Positions 48,448 through 59,237 of a stretch of DNA of 64,000 nt are shown in pieces (positions within the stretch are counted from its first letter, which is position 1; each line of letters starts with the position of its first letter). A program made the position numbers and the translations under genes. Below the pieces are notes generated by a model, which had not been told where the DNA came from, ran no database searches, and worked only from the letters and a program-made list of their open reading frames with translations. Origin of the DNA: an uncultured virus (IMG/VR IMGVR_UViG_3300020048_000030) (taxonomy: Duplodnaviria > Heunggongvirae > Uroviricota > Caudoviricetes); IMG/VR virus record IMGVR_UViG_3300020048_000030, one strand, 5' to 3'.

Positions 48448-50997
48448 TTATCTTTTTGTACTATCATTTCTACCAGTATTTTCTGGTCCACCCTCAGAAA
48501 TAACATATTCTAATAAAGTATCAAATTTTTTAATAACAGTATCAAATTTTTCAATCATAATATCTTGTTTATCTTTTAATTTTTCCCCACCACCAAATGC
48601 CGATTTTACAACTTCGGTAGCTTTTTGTTTAAAAGATTCACTTTTTGATAATTCTTTACCTTCAATAACATTTGATATTTTATCTTTATTATCATCTAAA
48701 GTATTTATTACATTTTTTAATTTCTGGTCATCTATAACAGACATAATTGTCACACTAGCTGTTAATGCAGATAATTTATCAATACCTGCTTTTTTTAATT
48801 TATTAGCAGCATTACCAAAATCTTTGAGCACATCTATAAAATCTTGTAGGTTTTTTAATTTGTCTTTTTGTGGTATTTTATTAACAAATATATCAATCAT
48901 TGTAATAAGTTGATTTGTCCAATCACCATTTAAACTACTTGTAAAATTACCTTTTGATAAAATATCTGCAACTTCTACCATAGATTCTGCAATATTTAAT
49001 ATACCTTTTCTGTCTTTTCTTGAAGTTTTTATATCATCATTTTGTGCTATTTTAGCAAAAAATAATAATGAATCACTAGTATTACTTAACCATTCTTTTG
49101 TTGGCCCACCTGTATATATTCCTTTATTAAGAATATGTGATAGTGCAACTATTGATGTTGCAATTAATAATGTTACTACTGCACCTATCATTAATGGAAG
49201 TGTAGCTATTGCTAATGTAATCATTAACCCAGAAAATTTTAATATAGTTAAACCAACCCCATTTGTCCATTCTGTTGCAGGAAATGTATCATACTTACCC
49301 ATATTAAGTATGTGTGATAATGTCACTATTGATGATGCAATAGTTAACATAACTGCATTACCTATTAATATAAACAACCCTAATAATCCTAATCCTACCA
49401 TTAACCCAGAAAATTTTAATATAGTTAAACCAACCCCATTTGCCCATTCAGAAGGTGGAAATGCATCATATTTACCCATATTTAATATATGAGATACACC
49501 TACAATCGAAGCAGCAATAACTAAAGTCATACCAGCACCAGCAAGAATTGCAAGTGCACCAATACCTGTCATTGCAATTAAACCTAGTACAATAATTGCT
49601 GGTGTAAACATTATTAATGATAAACCAACACCTAATGCCCATTTCCAATCAGGATAATTACCATCATATTTACCAAGTGTAATTATCCAAGATGTTGCCA
49701 TTATAGCAACCGATACAATAATAGCACCTAATCCACCCATTAATAATTGTTGTGGTTTAAGATGACCTAATAACCAAACAGCAGGTGAAAATAATATTAA
49801 TGATAAACCAACACCTAATGCCCATTTCCAACTTGGATAATTACCAGTATAAATACCTTCATTAATTATATGACTAGATATTGCAATTGCAGTAGATAAT
49901 AAAATAGCACCAATAACACCTGTCAACATATCTTCTACTGTCATTTTTTTACCTAATACATAAACAGCCGGTAAAAATGCTATCATAGCAATTCCCATCG
50001 CTAATGAACTTAATATTACTTGGAATGGATTTTGTCTTAAAGTTAAAAATCCTTGAAAGAACCAAGATGCAATAACTATACCACCTGCTATACCTGGTAT
50101 TAGTGCTAATGCTAATCCTACTCCTTTAATATCTATATTACCTTCTTTACCTTTAAGTGCCTTTAAAACCATATATACTGCAATAGAACCAACTACAAGA
50201 ACAGCACCAACAAATATTGCAGAAACTGCTTGCATAAATCCAACAGGTGCAGTTAATTTAAGTATCCAAGATGATGCCACTATACCTAATGCAATTGCAG
50301 GTAATATAACTGGTAATAATAAATATTTCCAAGTATCTTGTGGTTTCATTTTTAAAGAATCAACCGCTTTAAATATAAAATATGCACCAACACCTAATGC
50401 AGCACTTACTACTACAAATGATAACATTTGAGATGTATTTAATGGTTGAAATGCTTTTAAGAAAAAACTAGAAATTGTAAGTGCTGCAGCTATAGAAATT
50501 AAAGCTAATCCTACTTGTGTTGTTTTTTGTATAGTTAATTCTTTAATTTTAGCAATTTCAGCAAATGCATGAGCCACCATCATCATTCCCATACTTAAAG
50601 CAATAACAGATAAAAAATCTACTTTTCCTATAATTTTAAAAGCAATTCCAATACTTAAAACACCACCAGCAATTAATATAACAGTTTTTATTCCATCTAC
50701 TATTTTATTTTTATTTTCTTTATTTTCTACTTTATCAAATAACCCACTTTCTTTTTGTTTTCTTGATGCTTTTATTTCATCTAATATTTGTTTTGCTTTA
50801 TTATCTATATTATCATTTATAGATTTTATTTGTTCAGTTATTTGATTTATTTTATCTGCATCAATACCAGAAGCTAATGTATTAACAGCATCACCACCTT
50901 TATCTTGTTGTTTTTGCATTAATTCAGTAATACCTTCAAGTGCGTCAGTAAACTTTTGAAGATTATCTATAAAAGATTGATCAAATTTAGATGCCAT
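48448..50997 (-). CDS. tape-measure-like / membrane-repeat virion protein
   Basis: Long Ala/Gly/Ile-rich hydrophobic repeats (GxYxxxPxxxWxxGVGL) flanked by helical hydrophilic ends. Confidence 0.55.
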   Translation of the reverse strand: MASKFDQSFIDNLQKFTDALEGITELMQKQQDKGGDAVNTLASGIDADKINQITEQIKSINDNIDNKAKQILDEIKASRKQKESGLFDKVENKENKNKIVDGIKTVILIAGGVLSIGIAFKIIGKVDFLSVIALSMGMMMVAHAFAEIAKIKELTIQKTTQVGLALISIAAALTISSFFLKAFQPLNTSQMLSFVVVSAALGVGAYFIFKAVDSLKMKPQDTWKYLLLPVILPAIALGIVASSWILKLTAPVGFMQAVSAIFVGAVLVVGSIAVYMVLKALKGKEGNIDIKGVGLALALIPGIAGGIVIASWFFQGFLTLRQNPFQVILSSLAMGIAMIAFLPAVYVLGKKMTVEDMLTGVIGAILLSTAIAISSHIINEGIYTGNYPSWKWALGVGLSLILFSPAVWLLGHLKPQQLLMGGLGAIIVSVAIMATSWIITLGKYDGNYPDWKWALGVGLSLIMFTPAIIVLGLIAMTGIGALAILAGAGMTLVIAASIVGVSHILNMGKYDAFPPSEWANGVGLTILKFSGLMVGLGLLGLFILIGNAVMLTIASSIVTLSHILNMGKYDTFPATEWTNGVGLTILKFSGLMITLAIATLPLMIGAVVTLLIATSIVALSHILNKGIYTGGPTKEWLSNTSDSLLFFAKIAQNDDIKTSRKDRKGILNIAESMVEVADILSKGNFTSSLNGDWTNQLITMIDIFVNKIPQKDKLKNLQDFIDVLKDFGNAANKLKKAGIDKLSALTASVTIMSVIDDQKLKNVINTLDDNKDKISNVIEGKELSKSESFKQKATEVVKSAFGGGEKLKDKQDIMIEKFDTVIKKFDTLLEYVISEGGPENTGRNDSTKR

Positions 50998-51015
50998 ATG
51001 TTATAAAAATGTGTT

Positions 51016-51369
51016 TTATTTCTTTAATTTATCGATATTTTCTTTAAATGTATTAATGGTATTTTCATAACCTTCTATTTCTTTTTTAAGGTCTTCAATT
51101 GCTTTACCAATTAATTCTTTTTTCTTTTCTAAAACTTCTTTATTTGCTTCAGTAAATGTTTCTACTTCTAAATCTTCAAGATTTTGTAGTTTTGTTTCTA
51201 ATTCTTCTTTTTTTAATGATATTTTTTCTTTTATATCTTCAATATTCTTTTCAACATCTTCTACTTTATTTATTTGAATTTCATCATTATCAGCCATATC
51301 CTTCATAATATTTTCATATGGTTCTGATACTGCTTCAACAAATAATTTATACGATTTTAAATTTTTCAT
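51016..51369 (-). CDS. coiled-coil protein with capsid-targeting-like N-terminus
   Basis: MKNLKSYKLFVE. Confidence 0.65.
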   Translation of the reverse strand: MKNLKSYKLFVEAVSEPYENIMKDMADNDEIQINKVEDVEKNIEDIKEKISLKKEELETKLQNLEDLEVETFTEANKEVLEKKKELIGKAIEDLKKEIEGYENTINTFKENIDKLKK

Positions 51370-52253
51370 TTTAATATTTTTTTACCAGTAGTTGTATCTG
51401 ATGCTATTTTTTTATTACGATTTTTAAGTTCTTGTTGTGCATTTGTTTCATCTGTACCTTGTGTTGGATTAGTTGTTTTTTTGGTTTCTTCTTCTTTTTC
51501 TTTTTTATCTGCTATTTCTGCTTTTGTTGGGATTCCTAATTTCTTTTTTTTCTCTTCAATTATTTTATCAATTTTATTATACCCACCTTTATTATTAGAA
51601 AATTCTTTTTCATAATTTTCTTGTCCATTTTCATATGTGGTAAATGTTGTTATTATTTTCTTTAAATTTTTAATATCATCTAAAACAGTTCCACTAACTA
51701 TTTTACTAAAAACAGGTATAAATGGACCAATTTCTTTTGTAAATTTATTTTTTGGATAAGATAATGTCTGTTGTGTATAAATATTATGACCTTGAATATT
51801 TACATCACTATCTTTAATATTTTTGAGTAATAATATACTTTGGTCTTTATCCTTTTCATTACTATATGTATAAACACGACCTAATATTAATTCAGTTTTA
51901 GGTTCTTCTTTTGTTTCAATCTTAGTAAATTGAGATTTATGTGATTTATTAATATGTGCTGGACTACCATCTTTTTCTTTTATACAAATATATTCTTTAT
52001 CAGTTATACCAGAAAGTGTAATATTATATGCATCTGCATCTTCAGGTTTATAAGTATATTTTTTACCAACTACTAATTCATTACCAGTTGATTCAGTTTT
52101 TTTAGTATTTTTTTCTTTCAGTTTTTTTAAAAGTTCATTAATATCAGTAACAACTACATCTTCTGATACTTTTGGTTTTTCTTCAGTAGTAGATGGTTGA
52201 CCTTGTGTATCATCCTGTTCATTTAAAAAACTTGTATATTTAGTAATTATCAT
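51366..52253 (-). CDS. hypothetical protein with capsid-targeting-like N-terminus
   Basis: MIITKYTSFLNE; internal duplication ELVVGKKYTY / ELILGRVYTY. Confidence 0.65.
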   Translation of the reverse strand: MIITKYTSFLNEQDDTQGQPSTTEEKPKVSEDVVVTDINELLKKLKEKNTKKTESTGNELVVGKKYTYKPEDADAYNITLSGITDKEYICIKEKDGSPAHINKSHKSQFTKIETKEEPKTELILGRVYTYSNEKDKDQSILLLKNIKDSDVNIQGHNIYTQQTLSYPKNKFTKEIGPFIPVFSKIVSGTVLDDIKNLKKIITTFTTYENGQENYEKEFSNNKGGYNKIDKIIEEKKKKLGIPTKAEIADKKEKEEETKKTTNPTQGTDETNAQQELKNRNKKIASDTTTGKKILK

Positions 52254-52263
52254 TTTATTTATT

Positions 52264-54435
52264 TTATTTTTTTCTTAAAGATTCCATAATTTTTATTAAA
52301 CCAGTAGGGTTAGATGTATTCATTAATGTACTAAATTGTGGAACTGATGCAGTACTTACATTAATTCCATATTCTGTTGCTTTAGTAGCATCTTTTAAAT
52401 GTAATGCACCAGTTATTTTAATTTTTTTAGTATAATGACTACCTTGATCACCACCTCCACTACCATCATTTAATTCTGCACTTTTTAATAGCGGTTTAAA
52501 TTCATTTTTAGCATTATTGTAATAATATATTACAAAATTACTACCAAATTGTTTAAATCCACCAGTACCATCTGAATATATATTAAATAAATTTATGGTA
52601 TTTGTTTCTTCTGTAGTTGATTTTGGTATAGTAAGTTTACCATCCCCAAATTTAATAATATAAGTACCAGAATATGAAAATCCACCTTCTTGTTTTAATT
52701 TATTTCCAAATCTTTTAATCACATCATCTGGTTTATATGTAATATAGTTTTTAATATTAGCAGGATCTGTTTCATTAGCTAATTTTTCAGTATCACTTAT
52801 AATACCAATAATTTTTAAAACTGAATATTTTTTAGTATGAATTTTTATTTCATCATTGATATATACAAAATCACCATTAGTAGTTTTTAAAATACCTACA
52901 CTACCTAATGTTGATTTTGGAAAATCATTTCCTAATCCCAAAATAGGATTAGCTATTAATTTTTCTTTACCAAATTGGTCTTTAGCACCTTTTTCAATTT
53001 CTTTTGATCCTTGGTCTAATACTTTTAAATCAGGTGCATTACCTCTTAATTTATCTGGACTAACTTGATCTACAAACATATATCTACTAAAAAGTGTTAA
53101 AACATCATTTGTCATTCTTGCCCAAGTATTTTTTAATTTTAAAGTGGCATTAGTTTCACCAGCAGTATCAGCCCACATTCTTTCTGCTGCTAATTGTATT
53201 TTAACTATTGGTGCATAATTTTCTTTTACTATTGCAGTAACACCATCTTTAACTTCTTTTGATTCAAATTTTTTAGCAAATTCTTTATTATCTAATATAG
53301 ACATATCTAAATTACCTACTTCATCTGCTAATTTTTTATCCACACCAAATAATTTAACACCCCTAAAACCTAATCCTTTAGAAATCTTAAATTCTTCATT
53401 TAGTTTTTGACTATCTATGAAGTTATAAGATTCAGAATTAACAAGTTCTTGTTTAGTTGCATCTTTTTTATTTTCAACTGGTTTAGTTGCATCCTGTTTA
53501 TTTTCAACTGGTTTAGGTGTAACTGCTTTATCTATTTCAGTAACTAATGCATTTAATATTTTCTTTTCTCTTTCTGTATTTTTTAAATCAGATTTTATAA
53601 CTAATAATTTACTATCATCTAAAGAATTGCCATCTTCATCACTTTTACTTGATATTGATTTATTCATTTCAACTATATTTGCTTCCATTTCTGTAATAAA
53701 TGTTTTAATAACATCTTTTTCCTTTTTTAATTCATCTATTTTGGCAGTATCTAGATTTTTTAATTCACCATCAATTTTTTTAATCAATTCGAAAATATCT
53801 GGATCAAATCCTTCAAATTCAGAAATAGGAAGACCTAATATTGTTTTATCTTCTTCTTCAAATGCAGTATTAATTTCTTCATCACTTGGTAATTCTATAT
53901 TAGCATCAAATATTTCTGTAATAATACCATCCTTTAAATTAAAAGAAGTTTCATCATCTATTTTAAAATATTTACCATCAACAGTTAATGGTTTTTCATT
54001 ATGAATAACTTTAGAACCTATTAAATATAAAGATAATAATTTTTTTTCATTAGTAAATTTAACTTCTATTTCTTGACCTTCTACTTCAGTACCTTCTAAA
54101 TTTTCAATTTGTCTAACTTTATATAAAGCATTAGGATCTTCACCAGTAATATTATTTTTTGCAGCATATCTAAGTACACTAGCTAAATATTCACGAAATA
54201 ATGCCTTTTTATAAAGAAATAAAATCCCTTCATTTACTTTTCTTCTAAAAAATCCAAATAATTTAGCAACACCTGCACCGATTAAAGTATTTTCCCAACC
54301 AGCCATATTTCCCTTAACATTGGCAAAATAAGTATCACCACCACCACCATAAGAACCTGCTCTTGGATCAGCATATGTTTCTTCATTTAATTTTCTATGT
54401 CCTCTAAATTTATTGAATTCTGTTATGTTTTTCAT
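52264..54435 (-). CDS. large hypothetical (probable virion/internal) protein
   Basis: KLNEE sites near the N-terminus and internally; KPVENKxDAT tandem repeat. Confidence 0.65.
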   Translation of the reverse strand: MKNITEFNKFRGHRKLNEETYADPRAGSYGGGGDTYFANVKGNMAGWENTLIGAGVAKLFGFFRRKVNEGILFLYKKALFREYLASVLRYAAKNNITGEDPNALYKVRQIENLEGTEVEGQEIEVKFTNEKKLLSLYLIGSKVIHNEKPLTVDGKYFKIDDETSFNLKDGIITEIFDANIELPSDEEINTAFEEEDKTILGLPISEFEGFDPDIFELIKKIDGELKNLDTAKIDELKKEKDVIKTFITEMEANIVEMNKSISSKSDEDGNSLDDSKLLVIKSDLKNTEREKKILNALVTEIDKAVTPKPVENKQDATKPVENKKDATKQELVNSESYNFIDSQKLNEEFKISKGLGFRGVKLFGVDKKLADEVGNLDMSILDNKEFAKKFESKEVKDGVTAIVKENYAPIVKIQLAAERMWADTAGETNATLKLKNTWARMTNDVLTLFSRYMFVDQVSPDKLRGNAPDLKVLDQGSKEIEKGAKDQFGKEKLIANPILGLGNDFPKSTLGSVGILKTTNGDFVYINDEIKIHTKKYSVLKIIGIISDTEKLANETDPANIKNYITYKPDDVIKRFGNKLKQEGGFSYSGTYIIKFGDGKLTIPKSTTEETNTINLFNIYSDGTGGFKQFGSNFVIYYYNNAKNEFKPLLKSAELNDGSGGGDQGSHYTKKIKITGALHLKDATKATEYGINVSTASVPQFSTLMNTSNPTGLIKIMESLRKK

Positions 54436-55322
54436 ACTATTATTTTATTTATTTCGTTTTCGATATTTTTATTATATTTAATTTTAATCAATTTTATATT
54501 GTTATTTTTACAATATTTATTTTTTATATTATCTCTTTTTCTAGTTTCTTTAAACCCTTCTTCTCCACCAAAAAAACTATTAGCTTCATAGTGTTGTTTT
54601 CCATTATATTCTATACATAAATTTTTATTTGGTAAATAAAAATCAAATTTTAATTCTTGTTTATAAACACAACCACTAAATGTTTTTTGGTATTCATATT
54701 TAATATCATTCTTTTCTAATATGTTTCTTATTTCTTTTTCACCTTTACTTTCACTACATATAGGACATCCATACTTTCTATTTATATGACAACTAATACT
54801 TTGCTCAAAAACTCCATGAATAGGACATATTATTTTTACCTTCTTATTAGCATTCTGATAATCAACTAAAGAATAATCATATTTATTATTATGAATTATA
54901 TTAGCTCTTTTTATAACATTATCTTTTGTGTTTTTAATACCACCATTACATTTTGGACATCCTTGTTTTTTTGAAATATGATTAGTTGGTATTTGCTCAA
55001 ATATACCATGTTCTTTACATATAATTTTAACTTTGGTATTATTATTAATATAATTAACTAAAGAATAATCATACTTATTATTATGTATTAAATTAGCATT
55101 TTTAATAAATATATCATTAGTCAATAATGTATTATTTGCACAAATTGGACAACCTTGACCAATTAAATGTTTTTCAGGTTTTTGTTCAAATATATTATTA
55201 CATTTTTTGCACATCATTTTTACTTTTGTTGTCCCATTTATATAGTCAACTAAAGAATAATCATATTTATTATTATGAATAATGTTAGATTTTTCTATAA
55301 AGTCTATATTTGTCCTTTTCAT
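54432..55322 (-). CDS. zinc-repeat (3) + PD-(D/E)xK putative homing endonuclease
   Basis: Same architecture; ESKGEKEI, FDFYLP, IEYNGKQH. Confidence 0.85.
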   Translation of the reverse strand: MKRTNIDFIEKSNIIHNNKYDYSLVDYINGTTKVKMMCKKCNNIFEQKPEKHLIGQGCPICANNTLLTNDIFIKNANLIHNNKYDYSLVNYINNNTKVKIICKEHGIFEQIPTNHISKKQGCPKCNGGIKNTKDNVIKRANIIHNNKYDYSLVDYQNANKKVKIICPIHGVFEQSISCHINRKYGCPICSESKGEKEIRNILEKNDIKYEYQKTFSGCVYKQELKFDFYLPNKNLCIEYNGKQHYEANSFFGGEEGFKETRKRDNIKNKYCKNNNIKLIKIKYNKNIENEINKIIV

Positions 55323-55331
55323 ATTTTATAA

Positions 55332-55667
55332 TTAATATTTTTCTAATCTTATACCTTTGTATATATATTTTTTTCCAAATAGAATAAAGTAATCTTCTTC
55401 AAATAACGGTTTATCTTTATGATTTACACTATCAAAAATTATTTGCCCTCTAAGGTATATTTTATAAGGTAAACCATCTTTAATATAATCTTCATATATT
55501 TCTTTTATACTTTTTATTATTGGTGTATATTTAATATTTTCTTTTACTTCTTCTACTTCTATTTTAGTATCTTTGATAATTTCTTTTACTTTAGGTGTCA
55601 CCTTCTTAGATACTTTTTTAGGTTTACTATCTTTAATATCTTCCCAAAATTTTTCTTTTTTTTCCAT
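55332..55667 (-). CDS. hypothetical protein
   Basis: ORF track. Confidence 0.6.
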   Translation of the reverse strand: MEKKEKFWEDIKDSKPKKVSKKVTPKVKEIIKDTKIEVEEVKENIKYTPIIKSIKEIYEDYIKDGLPYKIYLRGQIIFDSVNHKDKPLFEEDYFILFGKKYIYKGIRLEKY

Positions 55668-55772
55668 AAAATTTTAATTTATTTATTTTATATTTAATAT
55701 ATATATTAAAATAAATAATGCAAAAAATATATTATTTTATTTAATATATAAAGAAAACACAAAAAGAAAAAT

Positions 55773-56480
55773 ATGAAAATATTATCATATAATAAAGAAC
55801 AAATTATTAGAATTTTCAATGATGTACATAATAATAAATATGATTATAGTTTAGTAGAATATTTAAATGTAAATACAAAAGTTAAAATTATTTGTCCTAT
55901 TCATGGTATTTTTGAACAATTACCTAGTCATCATAAAAGAGGTATTGGTTGTAAAAAGTGTTTTGATAAAAAAGTTACATTATCTAATGATGATTTCATT
56001 AATAAATCAAATTTAATACATAATAATAAGTATGATTATCATTTAATTAATTATATAAATGCTCATACTAAAATTAAAATTATTTGTCCTATTCATGGCA
56101 TTTTTGAACAAACACCAAATAAACACACAAGTGGAAGAGGTTGTCCATTTTGTCATGAATCTAAAGGTGAAAATAAAATTAAAAACTTTTTAGATAATAA
56201 TAAGATTAAATATATTAATCAAAAAAAATTTGAAGGTTGTAAATATAAGAGAGATTTAAAATTTGATTTTTATTTAATAGAAAAAAATATCTGTATAGAA
56301 TTTGATGGTGATCAACATTTTGAAAAGTATAGATTTGAAAAAAATGATGATAGATTAAAAATTAGACAATTAAGGGATAAAATTAAATCTGAATATTGCT
56401 TAAATAATAATATAGAATTAGTAAGAATAGGTTCAAAAGATATTAAAAATATTGATACTATATTAAGTAATTATATTTAA
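55773..56480 (+). CDS. zinc-repeat (2) + PD-(D/E)xK putative homing endonuclease
   Basis: Same architecture; first 8 codons duplicate those of the downstream gene. Confidence 0.85.
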   Translation: MKILSYNKEQIIRIFNDVHNNKYDYSLVEYLNVNTKVKIICPIHGIFEQLPSHHKRGIGCKKCFDKKVTLSNDDFINKSNLIHNNKYDYHLINYINAHTKIKIICPIHGIFEQTPNKHTSGRGCPFCHESKGENKIKNFLDNNKIKYINQKKFEGCKYKRDLKFDFYLIEKNICIEFDGDQHFEKYRFEKNDDRLKIRQLRDKIKSEYCLNNNIELVRIGSKDIKNIDTILSNYI

Positions 56481-56522
56481 TAAAAAACANNNNNNNNNNA
56501 AACAAAAATGAAAAAAATGAAA

Positions 56523-57290
56523 ATGAAAATATTATCATATAATAAATTTAATTTTTTATTAGAAAATTTTCGATATGATAAAATAAATGAGAGTTCAGAA
56601 TTTGCTCAACAACAAATGAATAATGTTAGTAGTCCACTTGGACCAGGTTATGGATGGGCACAAGACCCACAACTTTCTATATATTCTGATGGAAATAACC
56701 CATACATTGATAATTATGCAAGACTTTCACAAATTGTAGCTGATTTAGGTAGAGTAATGAAAGGTTTACAAGGTGTAACTTCTAATACATTAAGTGGTAA
56801 AATTGATTATTTTTTAGAAGATTTAGAAGAATATCAAAATCTTAAAATTTTAAGAATATTTATTAATACTAATCTTAAATTAGATGTATTTATATCATTT
56901 GATTTTATGGAAGAAGAATTTTTTGGTGTTTATAGAAACTTTAATGGAATCAATGAACCAAAATTAGATACTGATTTATTATCAGACCCAAGATTTAATT
57001 ATATTGATAGAGAATATTATATTAAATTAAAGAATTATTTATTTAAAATATTATCTAATTGGTTTGTACCTATACCAGGTGATTATAAAGTCTTATCAGA
57101 TGAATTAAAAATGAGAAATTCAATGGGTCAAATTGTTAATGTTAAAAAAGGTGCAACAATTTATGTAAAAGGTTACAATAACGATGCAGATAATAACCCA
57201 TTTATTATAATTAAATATAAAAATGATATTTATGAAATAACTAAAAATGATTATTATTACTTTAAATATAGAACTGATAAAATTAATTAA
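56523..57290 (+). CDS. hypothetical protein with capsid-targeting-like N-terminus
   Basis: MKILSYNKFNFLLE...INES; start 56523 preferred over 56508. Confidence 0.7.
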   Translation: MKILSYNKFNFLLENFRYDKINESSEFAQQQMNNVSSPLGPGYGWAQDPQLSIYSDGNNPYIDNYARLSQIVADLGRVMKGLQGVTSNTLSGKIDYFLEDLEEYQNLKILRIFINTNLKLDVFISFDFMEEEFFGVYRNFNGINEPKLDTDLLSDPRFNYIDREYYIKLKNYLFKILSNWFVPIPGDYKVLSDELKMRNSMGQIVNVKKGATIYVKGYNNDADNNPFIIIKYKNDIYEITKNDYYYFKYRTDKIN

Positions 57291-57310
57291 ATTTTATAAA
57301 ATATATTAAT

Positions 57311-57652
57311 CTAAGTTAAAATAAAATTTTCATCAATTATATTTAATTCTACCATAATATTGTTATTATCATCTTTTAATAGAATTGTATTATTATCCCA
57401 AGATAAACTAGGATTAACTATTATATCTAAATTTTCCAATTTAAATAAATTAATAGTTTGTATTATGTTATTGTGTTTTTCTAATTTTATTTCTGGATAT
57501 TTATTATATATTAAATAATATATTTCTGATATTATATTTGTATTACCCCACACTGATTTTATATTATTGTTAGAATTATTTTTTATTTCTTCTATTATAT
57601 AATTAATAGCATCATTAGAATTTTTTTGGTTTATTATAATATCTTTTTTCAT
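57311..57652 (-). CDS. hypothetical protein
   Basis: ORF track. Confidence 0.55.
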   Translation of the reverse strand: MKKDIIINQKNSNDAINYIIEEIKNNSNNNIKSVWGNTNIISEIYYLIYNKYPEIKLEKHNNIIQTINLFKLENLDIIVNPSLSWDNNTILLKDDNNNIMVELNIIDENFILT

Positions 57653-57740
57653 ATTTTTAAATTATTTTTTATTATATATAATAAAAAATAATAAAAGTTT
57701 ATAATTATTATTACTTTAAATATAGAACTGAAAAAAATTA

Positions 57741-59228
57741 TTAATTATATTTCATTTTTAATTTTCCACTATCATATATTTTATATATTTTTCTATCTAA
57801 TAGCAACTGTTCATTTGGTTTATTATCAAAATTATTTTTTATAAAATTAATATTGTTTTTTCGTTTGTGATTTAAAATGTAATAATAATCTGGTTCTATT
57901 AAAGAATCTATTTTAAATCCCAAATCTTCATATGATTTTCCTTTTGAATAACTTCTATCTATATAAGTAATCACTTCATTTGGACTATATTTTCTTATAA
58001 AAAAATTAAATATTTTTGATATACCACCAATAATATTAGTATTTAATTTATTACAAAATCTCAATATTTCATATCTATTTTTAAAATGTTTAAATACCAT
58101 TAAACTAATTAATTCTCCATTGTGAAATAACCCTATATTTATTTTTGAACCAATATATCCTTTTAAATGATTTTTATTAAGAAATTCCTTCACTAATTCT
58201 TTATCAATTATTTCCTTTAATTCAGTTTCTTTTATATTTATTTCATTATTAATTTTTAATTTATTTAAAATCATAGATTTAATTATATTTTGTTTATATA
58301 ACCAATCATCTTCATAAATATGTATCATTTGAATCCCTATTTCATTACATAAATCAGTTTTTAATTTATGATAATTCTTATCTTTTTTTAATTCATTATG
58401 CCAATGTAATCCATTAAAATCAATACCAATTTTAAATTCTGGTAAATAAATATCTAATTCATAAGGTGATATAATTTTACGTGAATTTAAAATTATATCA
58501 CCTTTATAATATATTTTAATAAAATCATATATTTGTGTTTCATATGATGATTTATTTGAATGTAGTGAATTACACACTGTACATATAACATTTTTAAATT
58601 CTAATCTATTATGTAATAAATTTAAATCAATTGAAAAATTATGATCTTTATTTAAATCACATTTTATATTTAAAATTTTTTTATCATAATCTCCATCTAT
58701 AATATTTAAAAAACTATAGTTTTTAGATATCCTTTTAATCCAAGTGGTTTTTAGAGTTTTTACTTTTTTATCTTTTACATTTTGTATTTTAGAAACATTA
58801 TCAGTATTATATTTATCTACTAATTTTGTTTTCATTTTATCTTTTATATCTTTTGATTGTAATGCATGACTAACCCCATATCTATCATTTAATGTTTTTC
58901 TTATTTTTAATTTTATATCTTCTCTTAAAAAAGATGTAGACACACCATAGTTCATATTATTTGTTATTTTAGTTTTAATGTGTTTACATTCATCACAATA
59001 ATATTTATCTTTTAATCCATTAGTTATTTTATAATAATTTTTATAAACAACATCTTTTTCATTACCACACTCATCACACTTCACATCAATATGATAATGT
59101 GAACTGGGTGTTAAATCATCAACACTTATTAAATATTTATTTTCATCATTTGTTTTATACCCTTTTAATTCATATATTTTTTTATTTCTATTAGTTTTAT
59201 TAACTAATATAGTTTTTTGAATAATCAT
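57741..59228 (-). CDS. putative homing endonuclease (zinc ribbons, Vsr-like domain, GNAT-like C-terminal domain)
   Basis: CDECG, YELDIYLP..IGIDFNGLHWH, IHIYEDDW, FLNKNHLKG, YEILRFC, IYDSG. Confidence 0.7.
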   Translation of the reverse strand: MIIQKTILVNKTNRNKKIYELKGYKTNDENKYLISVDDLTPSSHYHIDVKCDECGNEKDVVYKNYYKITNGLKDKYYCDECKHIKTKITNNMNYGVSTSFLREDIKLKIRKTLNDRYGVSHALQSKDIKDKMKTKLVDKYNTDNVSKIQNVKDKKVKTLKTTWIKRISKNYSFLNIIDGDYDKKILNIKCDLNKDHNFSIDLNLLHNRLEFKNVICTVCNSLHSNKSSYETQIYDFIKIYYKGDIILNSRKIISPYELDIYLPEFKIGIDFNGLHWHNELKKDKNYHKLKTDLCNEIGIQMIHIYEDDWLYKQNIIKSMILNKLKINNEINIKETELKEIIDKELVKEFLNKNHLKGYIGSKINIGLFHNGELISLMVFKHFKNRYEILRFCNKLNTNIIGGISKIFNFFIRKYSPNEVITYIDRSYSKGKSYEDLGFKIDSLIEPDYYYILNHKRKNNINFIKNNFDNKPNEQLLLDRKIYKIYDSGKLKMKYN

Positions 59229-59237
59229 TAAATTTAT

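Noticed and set aside
53450..53515. 30-bp tandem repeat in the 723-aa gene
   Set aside because: Two copies in a low-complexity linker (KPVENKxDAT); ordinary slippage duplication
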